Source: Utricularia gibba
Lineage: Eukaryota; Plantae; Magnoliophyta
Assembly: GCA_002189035.1 (NCBI GenBank)
Contig: CM007989.1
Coordinates: forward strand, 8,246,001 to 8,310,000
Direction: 5' to 3'
Length of the DNA stretch: 64,000 nt
Positions 1 through 12,421 of the stretch are shown in pieces. The first letter of the stretch is position 1, and each line of letters starts with the position of its first letter. The notes beneath the pieces are model-generated. The model was given only the letters and a program-made list of their open reading frames with translations, was not told the origin of the DNA and ran no database searches. Position numbers and translations under genes: made by a program.

Positions 1-30
1 ATGGGGGAGAATTAAAGAAGACCAATAGAC

Positions 31-55
31 TATTATTATTATTATTATTATTATT
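31..55. repeat. (TAT)n microsatellite
   Basis: tattattattattattattattatt read directly. Confidence 0.9.
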
Positions 56-100
56 GCTATGGGTATGGTTGATGTAATAAAGGCATGATGGGGATGGGGA

Positions 101-159
101 CACGTGATGGGGGGGACGTGATTGGTGAGCAAGTGCACCCCCATTCTGGCCCTCACGTG
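101..159 (+). promoter_or_regulatory. Cluster of G-box/ABRE-like ACGT elements
   Basis: CACGTG at 101-106 and 154-159, GACGTG at 115-120. The regulated transcript is not identified. Confidence 0.4.
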
Positions 160-562
160 ACCGCCAGCCACTGCGTTTCTGAATACAAAGGAGCAGGAGC
201 GAGCAGGAGCAGGAGCGCAGTCGGGTGAGGGAGTGAGCCAGCCCGAATCATACCGTTGCACTATTTATTCACCACACAACAAGCATAAGAGACAAGGGAT
301 CTCCCTCTCCCATTATTTGTATTGTCCTAAAAGGATCAGATCTTGTCCTCTTTTCTCCACCATGCCCTACGCTTGGACGACATCTCACAACCACCACCAT
401 CTCTGTCCTCCAAGAATTCACCACAACACCCTCATTGATTTCCACCCAGTTACAGTTAGAATGAATGATGGGTTTCATCATCACCATCCTCCATTGCCAT
501 TGCCATTGCTGTGCTGCCTGATCAGTGTCAGGGAGGCAGTGGGAATGCCCCAGGAAGGAATC

Positions 563-587
563 CTTTCTTTCTTTCTTTCTTTCTTTC
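563..587. repeat. (CTTT)n microsatellite
   Basis: About six CTTT units read directly. Confidence 0.85.
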
Positions 588-2029
588 CTTGTGTGTCTGC
601 GTCTGCTGTCCTCGAGGGAAGCTCCCAGACACTGCAAGTGCACAATTATTCTGGGAGACATGTCACGCGGTGCTGGGCGTCGGGTCGGGGCTGCTCCGCC
701 ACCGGCCAGCACCCTGGATCTCTAGTCTCCCTGTCTGCCTCGCCAATCATTCATCAAAGTTACTATTATCGAAATGTCTTCCCTTTTGCAGGGTCAAAAT
801 CATCAAATTTAATGCCGTTTTTGATTGTGGCAGTACTTCAAAACCTACGGTAGATGTAATAACAAGGCAGATGTTCACACTTAGCCCCCAGGATGCAAGA
901 ACCAGGAAAATAATTTTTTAAGGGTATTTTAATTGAAAAAATAAATACAGATCGTTGTCAAACCAAATATCTGGATCCCCGAGTCGAAATAACCGCTGTA
1001 TCCGACTGTTGCGCGATTGGCTGAAGGGGACACGCCGCGTGTCCTTTAACCTTCTCCAACTTGCCGACTCCGGTAAAAAAAGAAACACGTTTTTTTTTTT
1101 TTTAAATTTCTCGAAGACAGCTCGGGTTCAGCCCGGACACGGCGGGCGGGAGTACGCATTTTCAATAAAATAAAACAAAATAATCAATTAATTTCCTTGT
1201 CATAGATTCATCACCTCACACTCCCCTAAACAATCAATTTCACGCGGGTATGAACTTCCAAGCTTCAATCCCACATCCTCACTTGATCGATACACATACA
1301 TCATCATGGTTACCTCGTTTTTTGTCGGTCGAAACATACAATCCTCACGATTTTATTTTATTTAATCGTGTTCTTTTACTAAGGTAACTCAATAATTCTA
1401 TAGATGCAAGATTCATGTAAGGTAGTTAAATTAAACGAATCATATTGAGACAATTGAGTATAAAATTCTTTAAAATAAGAAATATTTCTAAAATTTTTAG
1501 AATGTAAATCGTTGGTATTTGATAATAAAATTACATTTGGACGGTTTTAGGGAAGGCTTAGTTGACACGGTTGGTTCACATTGGGTTGGGTACATGTGTG
1601 TGTACTCATATAATGTTGATGGATGGTAGGGCATTGGAGTCGTGGTCAGGAGTAATAAATAAATGGAAAATATGAAATTAATTTTGGCACTTGGGCGCTG
1701 AGTTGTAAAACTGGGGTGGGAGGCACGCGCCTGCCATGTCAGCTGGGCTTGACTGAGCGATCAGGTTACAGCTAGGAGGGAGGGAGGGGGGGCATGCGGT
1801 GGCTTGCCTTTTGGAGTTGGGGTCTATAAATACCCGGTGACTGATGCTAGCCCCTTTATCGCCTTCCTCTCAAGTACCGTCTCTCTCCATTAAAGAAAGG
1901 AGGAGGGTACAGACAGAATTGTCGTGAGTTGACATGAGTGAAATCGAGCATGTTTGAAGATTGACTGACCTTTTTGTTTGCTTTCTTCTGGGAGAGAGGG
2001 AGGGAACGATTCTTGTAACGTGAGCAGCC

Positions 2030-3615
2030 ATGTGCCAACAGAAGACAGCACCCCCGCCACCCGCATCCGTTCACCGTGACTCCTCCCCTGATCCACCTGC
2101 CGATTCCGACATGTTTCTTTCTCTCATACCCAAGCCGCATCCTCCTTCTCCACCGCCGCCGCTGCCGGAGGAGGAGGAGATGGTGACGTCGGTTGTCAGG
2201 GAGTGTGTTGCTTTGGGGAGAATTGCTTTGCCCATGATTCTCACGGGTCTTCTGCTGTACTCGAGGTCTATGATTTCGATGCTGTTTTTGGGGCAACTAG
2301 GGGACTTGGCTCTCGCCGGTGGAGCTTTGGCCATCGGGTTTGCGAATATCACTGGGTACTCTGTTCTCTCCGGTCTTGCTATGGGAATGGAGCCCATTTG
2401 TGGGCAAGCGTTTGGGGCGAAGAAGTTTGCGCTTCTTGGGTTGTCCCTGCAGAGAACTGTGCTTTTGCTGCTCATCGTTTGTGTTCCGATTTCGGTTCTG
2501 TGGATCCACGTTGGGAAGATCCTCCTTCTCTTCAGACAAGATTCCGCCATTGCTGCTCAAGCACAGTCCTATTTACTCTACGCCCTACCCGATTTGATCG
2601 CACAGTCTTTTCTTCATCCTCTCAGGATCTACCTCCGAACTCAATCTATAACCTTGCCCCTGACTTTCTGCGCCGCCGGCTCCATTCTCTTACACGTTCC
2701 CATCAACTACCTCCTGGTTCTGAAGATGGGCTTGGGATTAAAGGGGTAGCATTGAGTGGCGTCTGGACCAACATCAACGTGGTCGTTTCGCTGATTCTGT
2801 ACATTCTCGTGTCAAAGGTTTACAAGAAAACCTGGGGAGGTTTTTCATTGGAGGCTTTCAGGGGATGGAGGAGTCTTCTGGCTTTAGCGGTTCCAAGCTG
2901 CGTTTCCGTATGTCTGGAATGGTGGTGGTACGAAATCATGATTCTTCTCTGTGGGCTGCTGATTGATCCCAAGATCACTGTCGCCTCGATGGGGATTTTG
3001 ATTCAGACCACTGCATTGATTTACATATTCCCTTCCTCCCTGAGTTTCAGTGTTTCGACGAGGGTTGGGAATGAAATCGGAGCCGGAAAACCGTTCAGGG
3101 CGAAATTCGCCGCTGCGGTGGGTCTCTCCGGTAGCTTTCTATTGGGAATGATCGCCCTGCTATTCGCCTTCTCCGTTAGAAACGTATGGGCTCGAATGTT
3201 CACCGCCGATAAACAGATCATCGCATTGACGTCCTTGGTTTTGCCTATAATCGGCCTCTGCGAACTGGGGAATTGCCCCCAAACTACCGGCTGCGGCGTT
3301 CTCCGCGGAACTGCGCGCCCCAAAATCGGGGCGAACATAAACTTGGGCTGCTTTTATCTCGTCGGAATGCCGGTGGCGGTGGGACTCGCCTTCTATTTGA
3401 AGATGGATTTCCAGGGGCTCTGGCTGGGGCTCCTCGCTGCCCAAATGTCGTGTATGGTGACCATGATGCTGGTTTTGCTTAGAACCGACTGGGAATTCGA
3501 GGCCCTGAGGGCGGAGGAGCTCACCGGAGGACGCTGCGGTGGCGTCCTCGATGAAATCGATGACGCGAAAGAACAGATCAGAGCGACGGGCGTCGCCGGT
3601 GATCGGTTGTGCTAA
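2030..3615 (+). CDS. DTX50: Intronless MATE/DTX efflux transporter, DTX50-like; one-base frameshift at G4 run 2743-2746
   Basis: ORFs 2030-2749 and the 3' part of 2203-3615 join into a full MATE (GFANITGYSVLSGLAMGMEPICGQAFGA, QSFLHPLRIYLRTQS, CLEWWWYE, ELGNCPQTTGCGVLRG). One extra G restores GLKGVALSGVW. Confidence 0.9.
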
Positions 3616-5813
3616 TTTTCCTCGGAAGGTTTAAAAACATTTACGGGAATAACAGCGGTGATTGATGTAGGGTAGTTCTCCTTTTACTGTCCTAGTAATT
3701 TTGTTTTACTGTAATATGGACATAATTACAAAGTTAATGTATTTTTTTTAACTTTTTTAATCCGGTAAATATTCAATACAATTGAATTACAAAATAATAA
3801 TAATAAAAAAAGGGTGCTAATTGCTATGCCCTTCCCATTGGTCGCACGTGCTTTCAACCATTGACTCCTTCAACATATGAGGAATTCAATGACTTTTGAC
3901 CAAATTTAACATGAGACCATTTAGTAATAGATGTTACAAAAATCTTTTTGTTATTAAATAGGTCTAAAAACTTTAAAAATACTTATTATTTTTAATTAGT
4001 TATAGAATTCCATGTGATATATATTCCATCTAGTAAACTATTCTTATGTTAGAATAGCATACGAGATCAATTCCTATAATTTCATATATATATTTAGTTA
4101 TATCACTTTAATCTTTTAATGCTAGTTTGTTCACTTTAATTTAATTTTTATCATTTAATTCCAATATATCTACTTATTTTTTGTTTACTGCAACTTGACC
4201 AAAGATCTATTTTGGCCACTCAACCCATGATGCTACACAAATGTTCTTATACTATGTCAAAATTAAAGATGCGATAAGATTGAGTGAACACAAAGTACAC
4301 AAGAAACGTAAATGATATTAAAAAAATGTTAAATTCAATCTATTACTAGTAAAATATAATTTTCCAATGTATGATTGTTTGTTTTGATAAAGTTAACCTT
4401 ATTCACGTATCTTGCAACACATATGGTGAATTACCTTGCACGCACTTGTGTTGAAATTAGGAGCTCTATTATCAAAGGGTGATTATGATCGGATTTAGGC
4501 CGAGATTCAGTTATGACAAACACAACACTTTTAATACTTACACCAACCCTAGTATCATCTCAAGCCGATAAACACACCACGAAATTTGACTTTTTACTTT
4601 GACCCCACAGTAAAAAAATGCATACAGTAACAACCCTATAAGTCTTGGGCGATTGAATCAGCGGCATTGGATCTTCCCCACCCAATTCAATAACCTATGA
4701 ACCCGCATATCATCTTAGCGTCAAGATAAGATTTACTTGAGTTACCCTCATCTAAACAATCGTTTTCGAATGCTCGTAAAACCCTAAACCCGACTCTCTC
4801 AATTGGGCAAAAGAGGTAGGTATTTGAATGAATCTGCTGGTGTGCAGTTTCAATGTAGTCGGTAGATTTGATCAAAGACAAGGAGGTCAATGCATAGGAG
4901 TGGCAACGTTGTTTGAGACCCAGGCTGGCCTCCCCTTTTTTTGACGCTTTTGACTTTGAAAAATAATAATAATAAACTATTTTATTGACTGAATCAATTG
5001 TCACATGTACGTATCAACTCTTCGAACTCGAGTGGGAACCAAATATCTTCTTACGTCGGATGGATTCGCCGTTTTTTGAAAGTCAAAATGTTATCGAAAA
5101 AAATTGAAAAATCGAATACGAGAAATGGATTATTTGACTTTGTGGAGTCCTAATGAGGCTTACTCAACCATGTTGATCTTCATTTACCCGAAAAAAAAAA
5201 GAATTATTCATCGCTTCTATTTTATATACTAAGAAAAAAATTAACATTAAAAATAATTATTTTTTCTCACATGTGTGTTTCAAGGAGTCATCATTCAAAG
5301 ATTCTAGTTTTGGAATTGTGTAAAATGCTTATTTTTAATTGTAATAAAATTTAATGATCTCAAAGTACAAAAGTAGGTCACTTGTTTGAGCACGTGAGTT
5401 ATTACCATTTCCGGAAATAGTATTAATTTTTGGTGCATTTTTCACTCGCTTGCACTTGGCACCAAACCTCCAGAGTACAAAGTGAATTACTCAAAGTACA
5501 ATTACAGAAATCGTAATCGGATGATGCCATCGATAAACGACTTGATTTTCGATTGATACCGCTGAATTTTTATTCTCAAGCTCGTCTTATTATCGAAAAT
5601 AATCACGTTTTTTTTTTTGTAACAAGTGAGCCCCTACAGCAACATCATGAACGTGAGATGATGCATTATAGCGACAATTGGTGACAAAAAGAAACAAGAA
5701 GAATTAAGAGAACAAGTGTTCAAAAGGCACAAAGATCCTAGCATAAGATTCGATCAACGTGACCTAATTCCAGCACGTGGTATTATATTTCATGATCAGA
5801 ATCAACTTACCAT

Positions 5814-6071
5814 AACAAAAAGAGTATACATGGAGGAAAGATTCAAATTTGAAAGACTAGATGATCCGAATCTCGTTCGTAGACTACATGGTTCACGTGA
5901 TTCTGTAATTTTATAATAACATGAGGAATTTGTGTATGATTATAACAAAAAGAATAGAAAGATTTAAATTCGAAAGACGAAATGGTCCGAATCTCATCCG
6001 AAGACTCGATGGTTCGCGTGATTCTGCGATTTTATAACGATAACATGAGGGAGGAATTTGTGTGTGGTTAT
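5814..6071. repeat. Diverged tandem duplication, two units of ~130 bp
   Basis: Units start aacaaaaaga at 5814 and 5944 and share gaaagatt-aaatt-gaaagac, ccgaatctc, atggttc-cgtgattctg, ataacatgagg, gaatttgtgt. Confidence 0.8.
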
Positions 6072-8062
6072 CGATCCACGTAGGTGAGGGAGTTGTGTGT
6101 TCGTTCTAGTGGAGTGTCCAAGTGATAAAAGGAACACGTTTGTTGAAGTATCGGATTCGTTAGTTTCCCTTTCCGTTGATGCAGCGAGGAATCGTGCCCA
6201 ATCTCGCTCCTCCAAGCGACGCTTTCCAAGATCGTGCGCAATCTTGCTTCCTCCAATCAGCGATTCTGGATCTCTGTCCAATGATGGCTCTCTTTCTCTG
6301 GCCACGTGTACCCAGTCCCCCTGTGGATAAATTCCTATTCCTACATCATGGTGATGGGGATTGGATCTGTCCTAAACACATGGGGGGTAGGGGATGGCGG
6401 CTCTTCCTCCTCAGTAGCCGGCATTATCCCCTCAGCCGTCGCCGCCGGTCCGGCTCCGGCCGATCGGGATTCAGGGAGGCAGCCCACAGTGTGTCATTGA
6501 TTGAGCAACAGCAACCTCCTAACCGACGAGGGCGAGGCCATAACTAATCCGGAGGGGCTGTCTGCGGATGGAGGGATGCTCCAAGCTGTGTGTGGGCATC
6601 CCAACACTTTAATAAGTGGGAAGAAACCAAACGAAACCCTACCAGAAACGTTAGTGTCAATAATTGCAGCTGCTGCAGGTGCATGTGCATTTGTTGAAGA
6701 CTTGAGAAGTGTGTGTTGTTTGGTTGTGTTGGGTGGATGGGTTGTCATGATGGGAGTAATGGAGCATGCCCTTGGTAGTTAGTGTTGCAGCAGCAGCACT
6801 CCCACTCATCCATCTAACACATGATCAGCAGCCAAGAAACCGGGGCACGCCCTCCTCGCAACTTGTGGCTCCACAACCTTCAACTATTGGAGTCACATGG
6901 AAACAAGTTAAAACGATATTTATTTTATATGATTGATCAAATAATGAACAAATTATTCAATTGTACTAAATTGGATCACTCACGCTCGGGGTTATGCCGA
7001 TGGTGAAAAGAGGTGATACTCAACAATCACGCTGAATGTTTAAAAGAAAGATAATATAAGATCAATAAACTTATTATGGTATCTCACATTAAATTAAGGT
7101 GCTCTTTTAATCTTGACATATGGTATCATGGTGTCACTTTCTCTCATACACATTAAAGCAAAATATTTCATACATGGTAATCATTTTTCTCATATAGTTA
7201 TTGATGGGGATCCATTTTTTTAATACACTCCCAAATATATTAGTAGCTTTTATTTGTAAGAGTTATTTAGAAATATGACCACCCTCCTTCTCTATCTCTA
7301 TCATGCAGTTAAACAAAATTTTTCATTGAGGGTGACTAATTTTCTTAAACAATTAATCACGAATGGTCGTTTTTCTAATATAATTTATGTATGAGCAAAC
7401 ACCTTAATAGTTCTATTATTAGAAATACTTTTGGATAAATGATTCAAGAATAAAAAAAAAAAAGGAATAGTTTCACATTGTGTGTGGGGTGTCTCATAAT
7501 TTCAGAAAAATAATACAAGTGTGGAATTGTACTATTTTTTCTTTTATTTCTAGAAAAGGGGAGAGGTGCATCCTTGGAGGGAGACAGGTATGTATGTGGG
7601 TAACGTGTAAGATATCCATTAGATTCATGAATGAATCCAACGGCCACAATTATTGCTACTAAATAGTAGTTGTCTGGCCGTGTCGATAACTCCAAGAACA
7701 TCAGTTTGTTTATGGTACGAGGGCCCCACCCTTGTATTTAAGTACCGTTATTTCTTTACTATTTTCAAGAAAGAACGCAATTTTCGAAAAGTCGATTATG
7801 CCCTTTCATTCTTTTCAAAATAATTTTATTAATAGAAAATAATAATATGGGAAGTTCTTCTTTACACAAGTGATCATTACACATAATTTTCTAAGATTAA
7901 AACATGGTAATCCCAACCAATAAGCTTGATTAGTGTTTAAGAGAACCCAAATGGTAATATCAAACATCACTGTCGCCACTTCGCCACTCCATCCGAAGAA
8001 GAAGAAGAAGAAGCATGTGTGTGTCTGAATGGGAGGGTGGCATCCAGAGACAAGTGCAGTGG

Positions 8063-11000
8063 CTACCTAAAAGCCGCGGCTTCGTTCTTGAAGTGGATCA
8101 GGAGATCATCGATGCTCATGAGAGAACTGGCGTTGCCGTCCCTCACTCGCACAGCAACCTGCACAAAGGGAGAGCTGTCAGCAGAAGGGAGAGAGTTTGT
8201 GGAATGGAGGACAAGGAGGTAGATTGTTGAGTCAGGGAATGAGGTATTGGTGGATTATTCATTAAGGATAGTAGCAACATGCAGCAGAGTGTCTAGAATG
8301 TATTCCTAACAAAATTGCAGAAAAGACAGCATGTTACCTGCCCAGTTCCAACTTCTTTCTCTCCCACGACTAATATGTAGTTGAACTGTGCCACTTGAGC
8401 CTCCCGTACCTGACAAATAGCGCATGGAAGCTCGTCTTGAGTATAGGAGAGGTGATATCCTTATGGGTGAATTGTGGTAGACAAACCTTTTTGTTGATGG
8501 TGCGGTCAGTGTTGTCGATATCCACCTCAAATCCAGCTTCATATATGATGTCCCGCACCTTCATTTCGTAAGTGAAAACAAGGTAAGCACACTCAGGATC
8601 CTAGACAGAGATTTCAGAAGACTGATGGACTAGTGATGTGGTGGTATTCAATTATAACCTCTTGAGCATATGCTTGAGACTTTTCGGAGACTGGACAGAC
8701 TATTGCCTGGCGTGGACTGAGCCAAAAAGGCCATTTCCCTTTGTAGTGCTCTAGAAGAATAGCGAGCATGCGTTCTACAGAACCAAGAATGGCTCTGTGA
8801 ATCATAACAGGCCGCTCACACTTTGACTCATCTTCAGCAGAGAAGGATAAGTTGAAGCGTGCAGGGAGTTGGAAATCCAGCTGAAAGGAGGACAGCACAC
8901 AATCAACCCTCAAAGGTAACGGAGGATGTTGTGAAAGAACTAGAGGGGAAATCTTTCGTAGGTTTTCCAAATGCAGACAACTGCTAGCATGCATTCGACC
9001 ATAATTACATTAAACGTTAGAAAATGTAACCATCTCTAAACAAACCTGAAGGGTGGCACACTGAAATTTTCTTCTCATTGCATCGGACACGCTAATATCA
9101 ATCTTTGGTCCATAAAATGCTCCATCGCCTTCATTTATCTAAACAAGTGTCTGACATCAGTTCTATGGGAAACCAAATTTCCAATAAATATACAACCCCT
9201 AATGCACATGTGTAATAAAACACGAGTAACTTACTTCCCAAGACTTTCCAAATTCATTTAACGCATCTGCTAGGGCACTTTCGGCTTTCGCCCATGTCTC
9301 TAAATCTCCAAGATATTTTTCTGGCCGCTGAATAACAGGAACAAAAGCCCTTTAACATCAAGTAAAGTACAACGCGGAAATAAACGAAGAAAAAGAAAAC
9401 GCGCAATTACTTACAGTTGATAACTTCAACTCAAATGTGAAACCAAATATCCCATACACATAGCTAATGAACTCTAGCACCCCTTTAACTTCATCTTTGA
9501 CCTACGCAAAAGTAGGAAATATTTAGAAAGATGAGTGCTTAGGAGCATTGAAATAATATGATTTATACAAAGGAATCCTCGTTACCTGAGACTCCCGGCA
9601 AAAGATGTGAGCATCATCCTGAAACAATACTTGATGAGTCAGATGCCAGGGGAGCCGTAAACTTAGAATAGATAACAAAAAACAGTCTTGCAAAAAATAG
9701 CGTTACAGGAGGTAGAAAGAAAACTGAACCATTTTCACGAAGCTTCATGTCCAACTTCAAATGAGAGTTTCTAGCTCAAACACAAATATAAGATCTTGTC
9801 ATTAAATACCTGCTGAAATCTCCTGACACGAGTTAGACCTGTGAGCGCCCCACTTGCTTCATTACGATGCAATGCCCCAAAATCAGCCAATCTTAGAGGA
9901 AGCTCTGCAAAGCAGATGAATATGCAAAATTGACGATTGCCCAAATTTCAATAATGAAATAAGGAGCTTCAAACCATGTATGAATACAAATGTTTTAATT
10001 CAAAAGGCGTGTCTGCAAGTTCTAACCTCTATAAGAGCGAACTTTATGATCAAAAATCAAACAATGGCCAGGGCAGTTCATGGGCTTGAGCCCGAATTCT
10101 TGCTTTTCCACCTGCATAAACCCTACAATAGTTCAGTCATCTTATCTCACCAGTCGTTTCACGTAACACACCATCACATGGCACATTTACAATATAATTT
10201 CATGGTCAAATATGACATCTAACTAACCTCAAAGACAAACATATTCTCCTTATAGTTTGCCGCATGACCAGATGTCTCCCACAACTTCATATTGAACATA
10301 TTTGGAGACCTCACCTGCATGAATTAATCAATACAAATATGTGATTAAACTTGTAGATATGTCAACCCATGCTAAAATTGCTCCATGTTCAGATTATTCT
10401 TTTAAGAAAAAAATGAATGAGTGAGTTACCATCTTGTATCCTCTTTTTCTGTATTGTGTTTTTATAAAATCAGTCAGCTTCTGATACACTATTTCACCAT
10501 GAGGTAGGAAGAAAGCACTACCCGGGCTGAAACCACCAGAAAATATTCATTTATCAATATGGATAAAAATGGCATACATGAGACAAGAATACAATCCCGA
10601 GCACTCTACCTTAAAGGGTGAAAAAGGAAAAGCTCCTGCTTTTTTGTGAGTTCTCTGTGATCATATTTCTTAGCTTCCTCTAGGAATGCCAAATATTCCT
10701 GCAGAAAACACCATTTAATGAAAGATTTTATAACACGTACTTTTACTTTGAGCAACCCATGTGCTCAAGTTTTAAATGAAAGATTGTGAAATAAAACTTT
10801 GATAGACGGGGACCTTCAATCGTTTTTGATCTGGATAAGATATTCCATACACTCTTTGCAGGCTCTCACGGTCTTTGTTTCCACGCCAATATGCAGAAGA
10901 AGCCTACATTCATGGGATCAAAGATAATTCTTGCTATAAATCAAAGCATTTGCGTTTAGCATACAGAAGTCTCACCTTCAAACAAGAAAATGCTTTCACA

Positions 11001-12347
11001 AAAGACGTATTTGGAATATGGGGTCCACGACAAAGGTCAACCAAAGGTCCACATCTATACACTGTGATTGTTTTGTCCTCGGGAAGATCATTGATAATCT
11101 CAACCTACAAAGAAAAAAAAAACAATGTGATAATAACAACAAGAACTTTTACAGGATGATGGTAAACTCAAGCTATTACAAACATGAAGAACAAAGAAAC
11201 AAACAAGAAAAAAGCTGCTAACCTTAAATTGATTATCTGAAAACAAATCCAGAGCTTGTTTCCTAGTCACTTCAATGCGTTCAAATGGTTGCTTTTCCTG
11301 CAGTAAAATTACACAAAGTTACCTCAAAATGCAGCAACACAGGAATGCTATGCCATGAGCTTGATCAACTTGATTCGTACACACAGAACGTGAAGTATGA
11401 TGAACTAGTTAAAGAGACTTACATCAACCGCCTTCTTGGCAGCAGCTTCAATCTGCTTAAAGTGGTCCTCATTCAAGCTCAGATCGCCATAAAAAGCATC
11501 GTAATAAAAACCCTAAGAAGAAGTGACTGTAAGATATTACGGCAAAAATATTAATCTGTTCTCAGTTCCATATTATAATTGATACTTGGAATCCAGAAAG
11601 AGGATGCTCAGATCAGAACATACCTCGCCTCTAGTGGTGCATGGCCCGATACATAACTTGCATCCATATGTCTGCTCCAATGACTGAGCCAACAAACAGA
11701 AATTTGGCACCCAAAACAATATTTTTTTAATTTTACTTTACATCACCAAAGTTGAAAAACTGATCACAAGGTTGAGTGTTTTACTTTACCTCACCAAGAA
11801 TGTGGGCACTTGAATGCCAAAATGTATCGCGTCCTTCATCACTATCAAATGTAAACATCTGTAGCTCGCAATCGCCTTCCAGTGGTCTGTTCATATCCCA
11901 TAAAACTCCGTTGACCTTTGCAATCAGAGCATTTGCTGCCAGATTCTTGGATATCTCCTTTGCAATATCCAAAGGCGTCGTGCTCCATTTCTTACCCTCC
12001 TTCACCTTCTTGTCGGGCAGTGTGATCCTATCACCCAGAAAGCCGCGTTAACCATAGTGATACGAAAAAAAATGAAACGTGAAATTAACGAATAATGGGC
12101 AGCAAAAGTTACTGAATTGGATCAGAAGCATGTGCAAGCTTAAGCTTCTGTTCGCTTTGGATGGATTCAAATATAGCAATACGTTTGGGGATGACAGATT
12201 GGAGATACGCCTCGTTCTTGGCACAAACCGTTGGCACAGAACTCTCGACCTTCGAGTTACTTCGGGGGCCGAGTCACCCATGAAGCGGCGGCAGATAGAA
12301 GAAAACGGCGGAATACGGCGGGCAGAAGAGAGAACCCTAAATTGCAT
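8063..12347 (-). CDS. THRRS: Threonyl-tRNA synthetase, cytosolic/mitochondrial type, multi-exon; one-base frameshift at 12264-12268
   Basis: Exons traced with GT-AG ends: [17 protein letters not shown] domain ([25 protein letters not shown]), [80 protein letters not shown]. Stop TAG at 8063-8065. Confidence 0.93.
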
Positions 12348-12405
12348 AAAATATACGGTATGGCCAGCTCATAATCCGCAGTGGTTAAATTTTAAGCCAC
12401 GGTGT

Positions 12406-12421
12406 CCCCCCCCCCCCCCCC
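12406..12421. repeat. Poly-C tract (~16 nt; poly-G on minus strand) just upstream of ThrRS
   Basis: Read directly; exact length is uncertain given homopolymer errors. Confidence 0.85.

Noticed and set aside
233-921. Long overlapping ORFs 233-853, 269-712 and 511-921
   Set aside because: No recognisable domain; they read through microsatellites; several overlapping frames suggest chance openness.
1268-1278. USE-like snRNA promoter motif (ATCCCACATCC; also GTCCCACATTG at 45471)
   Set aside because: No correctly spaced TATA or snRNA body follows; the second lies in an intron.
4687-5004. ORF with GLKQ resembling copia RT, plus telomere-like aaaccctaaaccc at ~4779
   Set aside because: The resemblance is only a few residues; two telomere units are a common telo-box, not an interstitial array.
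6660-6700. miR530-like sequence on the minus strand
   Set aside because: Several mismatches to the recalled mature sequence and no convincing star arm.
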